NCBI GenBank assembly: GCA_004563595.2 | Contig: CP042461.1 | Span: forward strand, 1,050,001-1,082,000 | Source of the DNA: Candidatus Saccharimonadota bacterium | GTDB lineage: Bacteria; Patescibacteriota; Gracilibacteria; BD1-5; UBA6164 | Reading direction: 5' to 3' | Length of the DNA: 32,000 bases | Shown: positions 20,201 to 31,625 of the stretch, piece by piece | Position numbering within the stretch: position 1 is the first letter of the stretch | How the letters are laid out: the number at the start of each line of letters is the position of its first letter | Program-made: the position numbers and the translations under genes | The notes under the pieces: model-generated | What the model saw: the letters and a program-made list of their open reading frames with translations, nothing else | Told to the model about the DNA's origin: nothing | Database searches by the model: none

Positions 20201-23200
20201 GATCTATTTGTTTCTCGATCCTATCAAAGAGATCATATTCAAATTTTGTCTGCGTCTCGTTTGGATGAATTTGAGTGATGAGTCTATTATTTATGTCATA
20301 GACATATTTTGTAATGATATTTTGATTGATTCCTGCCTCCGTAGGAATGACTGTTTTTTTAATAATAAATCATGCTTCATTATATTCAAACTTCTGAGTG
20401 GCATTATTTCCATCAGTTATTTCGGTAATATTTGAATTTTTATCATACTGAGTCACTGTTATTTTTTGCCTACTTGCATCTATGTCTGTTGTGATTTTTG
20501 TAGGATTATCTAAAATGTCATATTCATAACTACTGTCTATAGTTTCAGTTCCTGATAATATTATTTTCTCGTTTGTCTTTTTATTCAGTTTATTATATAC
20601 ATATTCACTTACGATTCCCTCTGGAGTGGTAAGCTTTTTAAGCATATTAAAATCATCATAACTGAGATTTGAAATATTTCATTCTGCATCTGTTATACTG
20701 GTAATATTTCACTTATTGTCATAGCTATAGTTTGTAGCTATTTCCTCTCATGAAAGAGACTTAACAGTTTTTAATAAATTTCCATTCTGATACTCAAAAC
20801 TTGTTTCGGATCCATTTCCATCAATCTTTTTTATAAGTTCTCAGAGTGTGTTGTATTCAAACTCTTCTATAACTATTATAGTATTTCCATCATAATCTTG
20901 CACTCAAAGTACTTCTGTTTTTGTGATGTTTCCATTACTATCGAGTTCAAAGTTTGTAACTCTTCCATTTGGAGCAATAGCTTGAGTTATTTTATTAAAG
21001 ACGGGGTGGTAGGTATAGCTATATACTATATCTTCTGCTGAGTCAGCTGACTGAACATCTTGTTTCATTCTCTTTTCTATGAGGTTTGATCTCGTATCAT
21101 AGTCATATGTATATCCATTTCAAAGTGGTAAGATTTCTTTTGATATATAGTTATTATTATCATATTCATAAGTGTATATACTGTCTCAAGTATATTTTTT
21201 CACTATCTTCCCAATGGTATTTCAGTTTGAATCATATGTATAGATGACATTGTTTCCTTCCCTATCTAAGACACTGTTTTGAGTTATTTGATTCTCTGCA
21301 TCAAGAGTATAGGTATATCAAATAGTTCCTTCTCAAAACTTTTGTGTTGCAACTCTATCATCTCCATTATATGTATTTTCTACATAGATGTTATTTTCTG
21401 AATCTATAAGTTGTAGTATATTATGAGACGATTCAAAAGTATCTCACATCGTATATGTGAAACTAATTTCTTTTGAGCTTATAGTATTCGTAGTTGTAAT
21501 AGTTTTTAAATCAAATTCATCTCCATCAGTTTCTCCTGTTCAGAAATATATAAACTCAACGGTATCTCCGTTAAAATCAGTTATATCTTTGATTCTCGAA
21601 TGACCATAATATGTCAGATTATATACTCTCGAGTTTGTATCTATTATTTGCGTTAATGCATTGTTTGCATCATACATAAAACTCATAGTATTTGAGAAAT
21701 TATCTGTGATACTTTGTAGTCTTAGGTTATTATTAAAACTGAGAGTTGTAGTGTTATTTAAGTTCACAGAGTATGTTCCATTTGCTAAGCTGAGGGTTCA
21801 TTTAAGAGTCTCATTTCCTAAAAATCAAGTTCATGATTTTATAAATTGGAATACTCCAAGCTTCCCATTGTGGTAGTTTATATTTCCATCATTGTCTTCA
21901 ACTAAAAATTGATTGTAATTATAATCAAAATTATTTCAGAGGGGTCCGTTATAATAGGATTGATTTTGGTAGTTTATTTTAAACTCAAATGGAAATCAAA
22001 CAGACTTGTATTGCATAAGAGTGTTATCATATACAAATTCTCATGTGTTGAGGTTTACAGGATCTCATGCTGTTGCTTCTGTATTTATTTCTTGGGATAC
22101 TGTGTTATTCGTACTCTGAGTACTTGTTTCTTGGATCGGTCAGATAAAAATCTCTTCTCATGATGGAATGTTATTCTGAACGAAAATATTTCCATTATTT
22201 TCTACATAATTAGAGTATGAAAAATCTGGAGTAAAATTCTCATTTATTACATTCACTTGATAAGTAGTCGTAGCATCTGATAGATTTCCATCTGCATAGA
22301 CTCATCTTACATACCAGTTATATGTTCCTGTAGGAAGTGAAGCTATTTCAAGTTCATAATAACGCTCTACTACTTGTATAGCACTATCATCCTTAAGATA
22401 GAAATTATATGATACGGCATTTTCTATGCTATCCCAAATAAGGTAGGTATATCATTGTTTGTAATCTATGTTTAAAACATCTCATCATGTGCTTACTTGT
22501 TCCACTTGTTGTACTATTTCTTCGATAACCGTAGCATCAACATTTTCGATAGTTTGATCTACTATTACATCTCAGCTAATAGTTGTTGTTGTGATATCTA
22601 TTTCATAGTTTGATGAAATAATCACGATGTCTGCTTGTATATTTCCAGATACTGTTTGCGTAATTACAGCAGGTCAACCACCACCCGTATTACTTGGTGT
22701 ACTCGGAGCTAAGTTCACTGTTTTTACAACTACTTTATTTACTGTAGTATCTCCTATTGTTTGTGTCGTAATACTTTGCGTTACTTCTAGATTTTCTATT
22801 TCAATTACTATTGGTGCTGTATCCTGAGTAATCGTTTTAATAGTAATACTTTCTCAGCTTCATTCTCAATTTGAGGATACTATTGCTCCATGTCAGCTAA
22901 TTCATCAAAGAGATATTTGTTTTGTTCCATCTACATATAATGTATACCCGTTTAAATAAATAACTCCATCATAAACAAAGTCTCCATCTATAGTAATGTT
23001 ACTTTGTAAGTTCATGTCTGATGATATTGGTGTCGATCAATTGATAGTTCTCGCTTGGGTACCATTTACATATAACTGAGTAACATCAAAGCTTCAATTA
23101 TTTTCTATATTTCATTTTGCTGTTATTTTTGAAGTTCATCCTGATGAAGTGAGTATAGTTCAATTATTTACTACATTCCCTTCTACTGTTATATTTGCCC

Positions 23201-26200
23201 CATTTAAAAGATTATATTCTTCTTGATTAGCTATAAGTAAATCTCAGTTTATAGTAATTGGGTCTGGGAGAGTATTTTTATTTAAAGTAAGAGTTGCTAT
23301 ATTTGAATCAGCGATTCCATCATTTACTTTTGCATAAATAACTACTGCTCCATCTTCTAGGTTTGAGAGATCTAAATTGAAATTAAATTCTCAATTCTCC
23401 ATTGGAGTAGATCATGTGGAACTGAAATTTATATAATTTGTTCCATCAAGTGAATAAGAAAAAGTGAGAGTTTGATCTGCATCAAGATCTTTAATTCAAG
23501 CGATTTTGAAATTAATAAATTCTTGGTTTATCAGGGTTATAGAAGTTTGTGTAGAAGTGAGGCTTCCTATAAGTGGAGCCACTTGATCGAGTCAAATTCA
23601 TTGAATACATCATGGGACGTTGATACATTTAGCTTCTGTCCAATCAGAATCGGATAAAATACCATCTCATTTTACTCTCCAGTAAAGATTCGTTCAAGTT
23701 TCTTTGATCGCCGTTGGAAGTAAATATTGAGTTGAGTTATTGACACTTATATCTTCTTCTCATGTGATTGAAAGGATGTAGTCAGAGTATGAATCTATTG
23801 GAGCCCATTTTAGGTAGGTGTTTGTAGAGATGTTTCCGTTTATGTTGTCTAATGCTCCATACAAATATGCTTGCGATACATAACTCAATGAACCATTATT
23901 AATTACATCTCATTTAAAATGAACATAAAATAATTTTGCAGCATTGTTGTTGTATCATCAAATAATACCATTATTCTCTATACCTCCATCTACTGTTAAC
24001 GTATAATAATTATACGTTAATTCTGTTTTCCTTAATATTCCATTTCAGGTAAGTACTACATCTCAGTTTAATATAGTGTTTCACATAATTATTGATGTTC
24101 CATCTAATGTTAATCTGTCAAATGTTGATGTATTTACTATATTTCATTTTGCCAGTACTTTTCTTCATGTGAATCCATTCAAATTATACAACACTTCTGT
24201 ATTCTCTATATTTGTTTCTGTATTATAAATACTTCATACTTTGATTATTTCTCCATCTCAGTTAATATTTGAACTTAGTATTTTTCATACATACGGATAG
24301 TTCAAATATATATCCTTTGCCCCATCTACATACAATGTATAATTCTGTAAATATGTTGTAAATTGAAAATTGATGTCTCATAATAGTTCAACATCTCAGT
24401 TTAAATAAAGATTTGGTTTGAAATTATCAGATGAAGTAATAGTTCTGACTCCATCTGTTTCAGTATCTTGAATATAGGTGTTTCATGACCATCATGAATC
24501 TGATCCATTTGTAACATCTCAATACAAATATGCTTGCGATATATAACTTAATGAACCATTATTCAGTACATCTCATTTAAAATGAATATAAAATAATTTT
24601 GCAGCATTGTTGTTGTATCATCAAATAATACCATTATTCTCTACATTCCCATTCACTGTTAATGTATAATAATTATACGTTGATTCTGTTTTTCTCAATA
24701 TTCCACTTCAGGTAACTACTACATCTCAATTTAAAAGAGTATTTCATGTAATTTTTGATAACCCATCTAATGCTAATATATCAAATGTTGATGTATTAAC
24801 GATATTTCATTTTGCTAGTACTTTTCTTCATGTAAAGCCATTTAAATTAGATCATACTTCTATATTCTCTATATTTGTTTCTACATTGTAAATGCTTCAT
24901 ACTTTGATTGCTTCTCCATCTCAATTTGTATTTGAACTCAATACTTTTCATACATATGGGTAGTTCAAATATATATTCCTCGTTCCATCTACATACAAGG
25001 TATGGTTTTGTAAATATGTTGTAAACTGAAAATCTATGTCTCAGAGTAATTCAACGTCTCAACTTAAATAAAGGTTTGGTTTGAAATTTGGTGATGAGGT
25101 AATAGTTCTAACTCCATCTGTTTCAGTATCTTGAATGTAGGTATTTCACGACCACGATGAATCAACTCAGTTTGTAACATCTCAATATAAATATGCTTGT
25201 GATATATAACTCAATGAACCATTATTCACTACATTTCATTTAAAATGAACATAAAATAACTTTGCAGCATTGTTGTTGTATCATCAAATAATACCATTAT
25301 TCTCTATACCTCCATCTACTGTTAATGTGTAATAGTTGTACGTTGATTCTGTTTTTCTCAATATTCCACTTCAAGTAATTATTACATCTCAATTTAATAT
25401 AGTGTTTCATGTAATAATTGATGCACCATCCAATGTTAATCTATCAAATATTGATGTATTAACAATATTTCATTTTGCTGTTACATCTCTTCATGTAAAT
25501 CAATTCAGATTTAATCATACTTCTGTATTTTCCATGTTTGTTTCTACATTGTAGATACTTCATACTTTGATAGTCTCTCCATCTCAGTTTCCATTTGAAC
25601 TTAGTATTTTTCACACATACGGATAGTTTAAATATATATTCTTCGTTCCATCTACAAACAATGTATAATTTTGTAAATATGTTGTGAATTGAAAATCTAT
25701 ATCTCATAACAGTTCAACATCTCAGTTTAAATAGAGATTTGGTTTGAAATTTTCTGATGAAGTAATGGTTCTGACTCCATTTGTTTCAGTATCTTGAATA
25801 TAGGTGTTTCATAACCATGATGAACCTGATCCATTTGTAACATCTCAATACAAATGTGCCTGACTAACATAACTCAAACTCCCATTATTAATTATATCTC
25901 ACTTGAAATGAACATAAAATAACTTTGCAGCATTGTTGTTGTATCATCAAATAACCCCATTATTCTCTACATCCCCATTCACTGTTAATGTATAATAGTT
26001 GTACGTTGATTCTGTTTTTCTCAATATTCCACTTCAAGTAATTATTACATCTCAATTTAATGTAGTATTTCATGTGATTTTTGATAACCCATTTAATGTT
26101 AATGTATCAAATGTTGATGTATTTACTATATTTCATTTTGATGATACCTTTTTTCATGTGAATCCATTCAAATTGTACAATATTTCTGTATTCTCTATGT

Positions 26201-26933
26201 TTGTCTCCACATTATATATATTTCAAACTTTGATTGATTCTCCATCTCAGTTAGTATTTGATGATAATATTTTTCATACATACGGATAGTTCAAATATAT
26301 ATTCTTTGTCCCATCTACATATAAGGTATGGTTTTGTAAATATGTTGTGAATTGAAAATCTATATCTCATAACAGTTCAACATCTCAGTTTAAATAGAGA
26401 TTTGGTTTGAAATTTTCTGATGAAGTAATGGTTCTGACTCCATTTGTTTCAGTATCTTGAATATAGGTGTTTCATAACCATGATGAACCTGATCCATTTG
26501 TAAGATCTCAATACAAATGTACCTGACTAACATAATTTAAACTCCCATTATTAATTACATCTCACTTGAAATGGACGTAAAATAACTTTGCAGCATTATT
26601 ATTATATCATCATATAATCCCATTATTCTCTACATCCCCATTTACTATTAATGTATAATAATTGTACGTTGATTCTGTTTTCCTCAATATACCATTTCAC
26701 GTAATACTCACCCCTCCCACCGTAGTATTTCATACAATATTAACTAATCAATTCACCTCAACAACATCATCAACATCTGGAACGACTCCTTCCACCCAAG
26801 TTGATACACTATTCCAATTCCCTCAAGCTGACGTTGAATGGATAGTTGGCTCTAATACAGCCCAAGCGCTCGCAAAACTAAACGCAAAAAATAAAGACAT
26901 TATCACAAATATCCTCAAAACAATCCTCCTCAT
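17244..26933 (-). CDS. Giant Sec-dependent Rhs/YD-repeat polymorphic toxin (WapA-like), 3,229 codons
   Basis: ATG 26931..26933 and TAA 17244..17246 share a frame, and all track fragments with YD sequence (17688, 20370, 21540) share it too. No TAA/TAG appeared in the parts translated by hand (26933-25800, 23880-23340, 22450-17244). Signal peptide MRRIVLRIFVIMSLFFAFSFASAWA. 221-aa tandem repeats. FN3/Ig-like modules. DPVNLNTGEF, many YD repeats, and core end ...YYNPQLGRFISRDP...NPVGFVDRMGL plus a ~170-aa CT domain. Confidence 0.85.
17715..17949 (-). repeat. 235-bp direct repeat (Rhs core-end), copy in the main rhs gene
   Basis: See 16567..16801. It encodes IGNTRLYTGREYD...NPVGFVDRMGLAAKAFVKAYDDYLE. 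Confidence 0.85.
23810..26745 (-). repeat. In-frame tandem repeat array, period 663 bp (221 codons), ~4.4 copies, inside rhs
   Basis: The same landmark (antisense ttgtacgtt(g/a)attctgtttt) recurs at 24010, 24673, 25336, 25999 and 26662. 25681..25840 is identical to 26344..26503 over 160 nt. It encodes GN/GD-rich beta-helix-like units (ITGNGILRKTESTYNYYTLxVNGDVENNG...). Confidence 0.9.
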
Positions 26934-27071
26934 AGATACAAAAATTTAGAAAAATAAAGCCGATTAGCACAATAATCTCCATTAGTATACTCACATGATA
27001 TTAACAGGACATTAATTTTTAAATAAAAAACTTTTTTCTTCTTTACAATTCTTCAAAACATCATATCAAAC

Positions 27072-28103
27072 ATGAAGTATCACCCGAAAATTAAAGCTTT
27101 CAGAAAAAAACTATTATTTTATATATTTTTATCTATAATCTCTACAATTATTTACTTTCCTTACTTCAAATACATGGAATATTTATTTCTGATCATCTGA
27201 TTTATCCTTCTCATTAAATGAGCTGACATGCTCGTTGATGGAGCAAGTTCTATTGCAAAGAAATTTTGAATTTCAGCTCTGGTAATCTGACTTACAATAG
27301 TTGCATTTTGATCATCAGCACCTGAGCTCGTGATTAATCTCATATCATGATATTCATGAAATACAGATTTGGCTGTCTCAAATATAATAGGAAGTAATAT
27401 ATCAAACCTGCTCTTAATCCTATGAATAACTGCTATTCTATATCCTATTAAACTTCCTCAAACAACTATAAAAAGAGAAATACCTTTTTTGATTTTCTCA
27501 GCTATTGTACTCATTCTTATATTACTTGACTGAGTTATATCAAGAGCAGATGCAGGGATATTATCTGTGTTATTTTGAATTTTTCTTTATTATACATTCT
27601 CTATTGCAAAAAGTTCAAAAGATTCAGAAACTGAAAAAATTGAACTTATGAGTAATATAAAAGCAACTCTTTTTGTTCTTTTATGACTTTGTTGACTTGT
27701 TTGATGAGGAAAATTAATAGTTGATAGTGCTGTTTGAATCGCTCAAGCACAATGACTTCCTGAGGCATTTATATGAGTAACTATTGTCGCTATTTGAACT
27801 TCTCTCCCAGAGCTTGCTGTGAGTGTTATAGCTGCATTTAAGAAAAATACTGATATCGCTATTTGAGCTGTAGTATGATCAAATATATTCAATACTCTAT
27901 GGATTCTCTGAGCAACTGGTCTTATGACTCCTCTTCCCTCATATACATGAATACATTTTGATTTATGAATCAACCTGATCGCAAGTATTTACCTATTTCT
28001 CTTTGCGTTTAGTTTTAAAAAACATCATATTGATAAAAAAGAAGGTATTATTTTTATCACATTATATGTATTTTATATTATATTTTTGGTTTCGAAGATA
28101 TAA
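27072..28103 (+). CDS. Ca2+/cation antiporter, CaCA (YrbG-like) family
   Basis: Table-25 + strand reads ...LLIKGADMLVDGASSIAKKFGISALVIGLTIVAFGSSAPELVINLISGYSGNTDLAVSNIIGSNISNLLLILG ... LPEAFIGVTIVAIGTSLPELAVSVIAAFKKNTDIAIGAVVGSNIFNTLWILG. These are the two alpha-repeats GxSxPE of the CaCA family. The longest ORF starts at ATG 27072. The in-frame ATG 27174 (MEYLFLIIGFILLIKGADMLV) fits family N-termini better. Confidence 0.85.
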
Positions 28104-28106
28104 AAA

Positions 28107-28260
28107 TGTGTACTTAGGTTTTAATCCCTCGTACCTCGGGTACTCCCTTTGAAAAGGGAGAAATAAAACATATACATATATATAGTATTATAGAAGGATT
28201 TCTTCCTTTTTCAAAGGAAGTACCGAGATACGAGGGGATGGATTCGTATTCAAGTACACA
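28107..28260. repeat. 154-bp imperfect palindrome made of two inverted ~60-nt repeat units (MITE/REP-like element)
   Basis: The left arm tgtgtacttaggttttaatccctcgtacctcgggtactccctttgaaaagggagaaat is mirrored by the right arm atttcttcctttttcaaaggaagtaccgagatacgaggggatggattcgtattcaagtacaca. Termini are tgtgtactt/aagtacaca. A third unit lies at 12753..12819. Confidence 0.55.
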
Positions 28261-28294
28261 AAAAAAGAATACATTATAATGTATTCTTTTTTTT
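28260..28294. terminator. Bidirectional hairpin terminator (antiporter / ruvX)
   Basis: aaaaaaagaatacat-tataa-tgtattctttttttt. It overlaps the last codons of ruvX. Confidence 0.6.
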
Positions 28295-28672
28295 ATTTAT
28301 ATAACTCTCTAATATAAGAGCTGCTGAGATATCATCTTTTTGTCATTGTTTATCTTTGATACCAATAGTATCCAAAATATTATCTGCTTCAAAACTGGTG
28401 AATCGTTCATCTATTCCTACTATTTTTTTATCTGGAAAAATATTCTTGAGCTTCTCAATAAAGACTTTTGTCTTATCTAATTGCCTCAGTTTTTTTCCAT
28501 ATAAATCATATGGGAGTCCTACTACTAACTCTTCAACTGAGTATTCTTTTACAAGCTTCCTGAGTTCAGAAACAAGCTTTGGTCTCAGGATGATAGCTTT
28601 TGGTAAGACTATCCCTTGAACATAAACTGCTACTCAACATCTTTTATCTCATAGATCTATTCAAAGGTACAT
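28274..28672 (-). CDS. ruvX: Holliday-junction-resolvase-like nuclease YqgF/RuvX
   Basis: 132 aa. MYLGIDLGDKRCGVAV...VVGLPYDLYGK...IDERFTS is the YqgF signature. Several of its G positions are TGA. Confidence 0.85.
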
Positions 28673-28675
28673 ATT

Positions 28676-29131
28676 TTATGAATTAGATGAGCTAAGGATA
28701 ATTTTCATTTTTGCCATAGAATCTTTTCCAAGATTAATATACACATCTGATTCTCATATTTTTTTAATGTGTCCTGCAGGTAAATCAATATGTTTTTTTG
28801 TAAGCTCTATATTAAATTTCTTTTTAATTTCTCCGATAATATCTTTTTCTCAAATTCATCCGAAAACCTTTCCATTTGCTCATGTTTTTAAAGCAAATGC
28901 TAACTCTTTATGGTTGAGTATTTCTGATAGGTTATGTTTATTTTCTATAAGTTCTCTTCTATGACTATCTTTCTTTTTTAATCTATCCTTATATTTCCTT
29001 TCCTCTGCTGCAGTAAGTTCTACTGCAAATTTCTTTGGAAGTAAGAAATTTTGAGCATATCATGACTTTACTTCTTTTATTTCTCCTTCTTTTCAGACAT
29101 TAATTACGTGTTTTAAAAAAAGTACTTTCAT
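28676..29131 (-). CDS. rplI: 50S ribosomal protein bL9
   Basis: 151 aa. [40 protein letters not shown] matches the conserved bL9 N-domain. Its stop lies 3 nt before the ruvX start. Confidence 0.9.
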
Positions 29132-29147
29132 ATTTTTTTATTAAAAA

Positions 29148-30257
29148 TTATTTTTCTTCTTCTACTTTATTTTCTTCTTTTATTTCTTCTTCTTTCACTT
29201 CTATATCTTCAATTGAAATTCTATATCATGTCAGATTTGAAGCAAGATTTACATTGAGACCATTTTTCCCAACTGCTTTTGCTCTTTCTGTAGGAAGTAT
29301 AAAGACTGTTGCATGCTCTTGTTCTTCATTAATTTCAACTTTTAATACTTGAGCTGGAGAAAGAGACCTTTTAATAATATCATGAATATCTCCACTATTT
29401 GGAATAATATCTATTTTTTCTCATCCAAGCTCTTCCATTACTCACTTTACTCTGATACCTTTTTGACCAATCAAGGTTCCTACTGGATCAATTTCTTCAT
29501 AATTTGATGATACAAGAAGTTTTGTTTTCACCCCTGGTTGACGAACAACATTATCGATAGAAATAATACCTTCTCAAATTTCCGGTACAAATTCAGCAAA
29601 TATAGCAGGAACACTTTCTGCTCTTTTTCTACTCAAAATAACCTTTGGTGATCACGTTTCACTTTTTGATACTTCAGCAACATACAAGAAAAATCTTGCT
29701 CATGCAACATATTCATCTCTTGAAACTTGTTCTGATTTTGGAAGTACTACTTGGTTTCCATTATAATCGAATATAATTTTTCATCATTCTACAATTTCTA
29801 CTTTCATATTAATAACTTGTCCTTCTTTTCATACAAAAAGATCATATATTTTTTCTTTTTCAGTATCCCCTATTTTTTGAATAATCACTTGTCTTGCAGC
29901 CTGAGAAGCGATACGTCAAAAAGCTTCACTATTATCACCCTTCATAACCTCATCAGTTACGTCTATTTCTATAATATCTCATTCTTTAAAACCTTCGGCA
30001 TCATCTCATAGTTCTTCAAAACTAATCTCAAGTGAAGAATTTGTTACCTCTTTTACAATTGTTTTTTCAACACTAATTTCAATGTCTCCTTTTTCAATGT
30101 TCAATTTTACATTTACTTCTTCATCTCTATTTCAATAATCTTTTTTATATGCAGTTCTAATCGCTGCTTCAATAATTTCTACTAACTTTTCTTTTGGAAT
30201 ATTTTTTTCGGCTGAAATCATGTTGATAGCTGATTCTATTTGTTTTAAGTCTAACAT
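29148..30257 (-). CDS. nusA: Transcription termination/antitermination factor NusA
   Basis: 369 aa. MLDLKQIESAINMISAEKNIPKEKLVEIIEAAIRTAYKKDYG (N-terminal domain). An S1-like region. KH regions ...RQPGVKTKLLV...[29 protein letters not shown]... An acidic tail. Confidence 0.9.
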
Positions 30258-30296
30258 AAATTATGTATTAATTATAAATTCTTTCTTATTTCTAAA

Positions 30297-30335
30297 AGAA
30301 AACGAGAATTCGCTTTCGCAAATCCTCGTTTTTAA
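30297..30335 (-). terminator. Intrinsic terminator after ftsZ (minus-strand specific)
   Basis: On the minus strand acgaggatttgc-gaaa-gcgaattctcgt pairs fully if two G:U wobbles are allowed, followed by tttctttt. Confidence 0.6.
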
Positions 30336-30396
30336 TTTTTAAAAACAGTACTCTTTTATAGTATGATATTTTTTGAAAAAATCAAATTTTTATAAA

Positions 30397-31578
30397 TTAC
30401 ATTTTTTTTCTTAAAAATGATGGTACATCTAAGTCATCCTTTGGTGCTGTTGCTTGAGAAGCAGGAATAACTCTTGAGTCAGCAACTGATCTTCTTCCAA
30501 ATGCATTCCCTTTTGGTGTTTCAATTTTTGCTTCTGCAAATTGAGTATTTGATGTTTCGTCAAACCCAGTAGCAACAACTGTAATTTTTAATTCACCATT
30601 ATATTCTTCATTAATAGTAGCACCAAAGATAATATTTGCATCACTATCAACTGATTCAGTAATGATTCTTGCAGCTTCATCAACTTCAAACATACTTAAG
30701 TCAGTTCACCCTGTAATATTGAATAAGAGTCCTTTTGCTCCTGCAATTGATAGTTCTAAAAGTGGACTATCAATTGCTGATCTAGAAGCTTCTACTGCTC
30801 TGTTTTCACCAGAACCATATCCAATACCCATTAATGCTGAACCTGCATTTTTCATAACTGATCTTACATCGGCAAAATCGACATTAATAAGACCTGGTTG
30901 TGTTATAAGATCTGATATTCCTTGTACTCACTGATTTAATACTTCATCAACAATTGAGAAAGCATCAAGTAAAGGTGTTTTTTTATCAATAATAGTAAGA
31001 ATTTTATCATTAGGGATTGTGATAAGTGTATCTACTTTTTCTTTCAAAGCTGTAAATCCATCAATAGATTTTGACATCCTATTTTGTCCTTCAAATGCAA
31101 ATGGTTTTGTAACCACTCATACTGTAAGAGATCCCACTTCTTTTGCTATTTCTGCAACAACTGGAGCAGCTCATGTACCTGTTCCACCTCATAAACCACA
31201 AGTAATAAAAATCATGTCTGCTCATTCTAGAACAGCTTTAATTTCCTCTCTTGATTCTTCAGCAGCTTTTTTCCCAACATCTGGATCTGATCCTGCTCAT
31301 AAACCTGAAGTAATTATTTTTCAGATATTTAATTTTGTTGGAGCAAGAGAACTAAATAATGCTTGAGCATCAGTGTTAATAGAAATGAATTCTACTCACG
31401 CTAAACCTCATTCGATCATTCTATTCACTGCATTTTGTCATCCACCCCCTACTCATACAACTTTTATTTTTGCTACTGGTGAAATTGAATTTCAAATATT
31501 CACTTCTTCTGGACCCGTTGGAGCTACAATACTTCCTCCTGAAAGTAAGCTTTTTAATTTATCTTCTCTTTTTGTCAT
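30397..31578 (-). CDS. ftsZ: Cell division GTPase FtsZ
   Basis: 393 aa. KVVGVGGGGQNAVNRM. Tubulin signature [49 protein letters not shown], where that G is TGA 30928..30930. C-terminal [13 protein letters not shown] peptide. The standard code breaks it into 3 or more pieces. Confidence 0.95.
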
Positions 31579-31625
31579 TTTTTTTATTATTAGAAAATTA
31601 AATATATGATTTTAAAATCTGGTAA

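Noticed and set aside
23810-26745. Regularly spaced repeats, checked as a possible CRISPR array.
   Set aside because: The period is 663 bp with no short repeat/unique spacer alternation. The whole array is in frame within a coding sequence.
25336-26949. Three + strand ORFs beginning MYVDSVFLNIP... (25336, 25999, 26662), suggesting a repeated small-protein family.
   Set aside because: They are antisense shadows of the 663-bp tandem repeat inside rhs. The minus strand carries the continuous frame with signal peptide and repeat motifs, and the + ORFs start at TTG and are low-complexity.
27161-27973. Two minus-strand track ORFs (27161..27343 and 27743..27973) that line up in one frame separated by TAATAA. 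They looked at first like a disrupted gene or pseudogene.
   Set aside because: With TGA=Gly the + strand reads a textbook CaCA antiporter with both GxSxPE alpha-repeats (27072/27174..28103). The minus ORFs are antisense shadows with no recognisable motifs.
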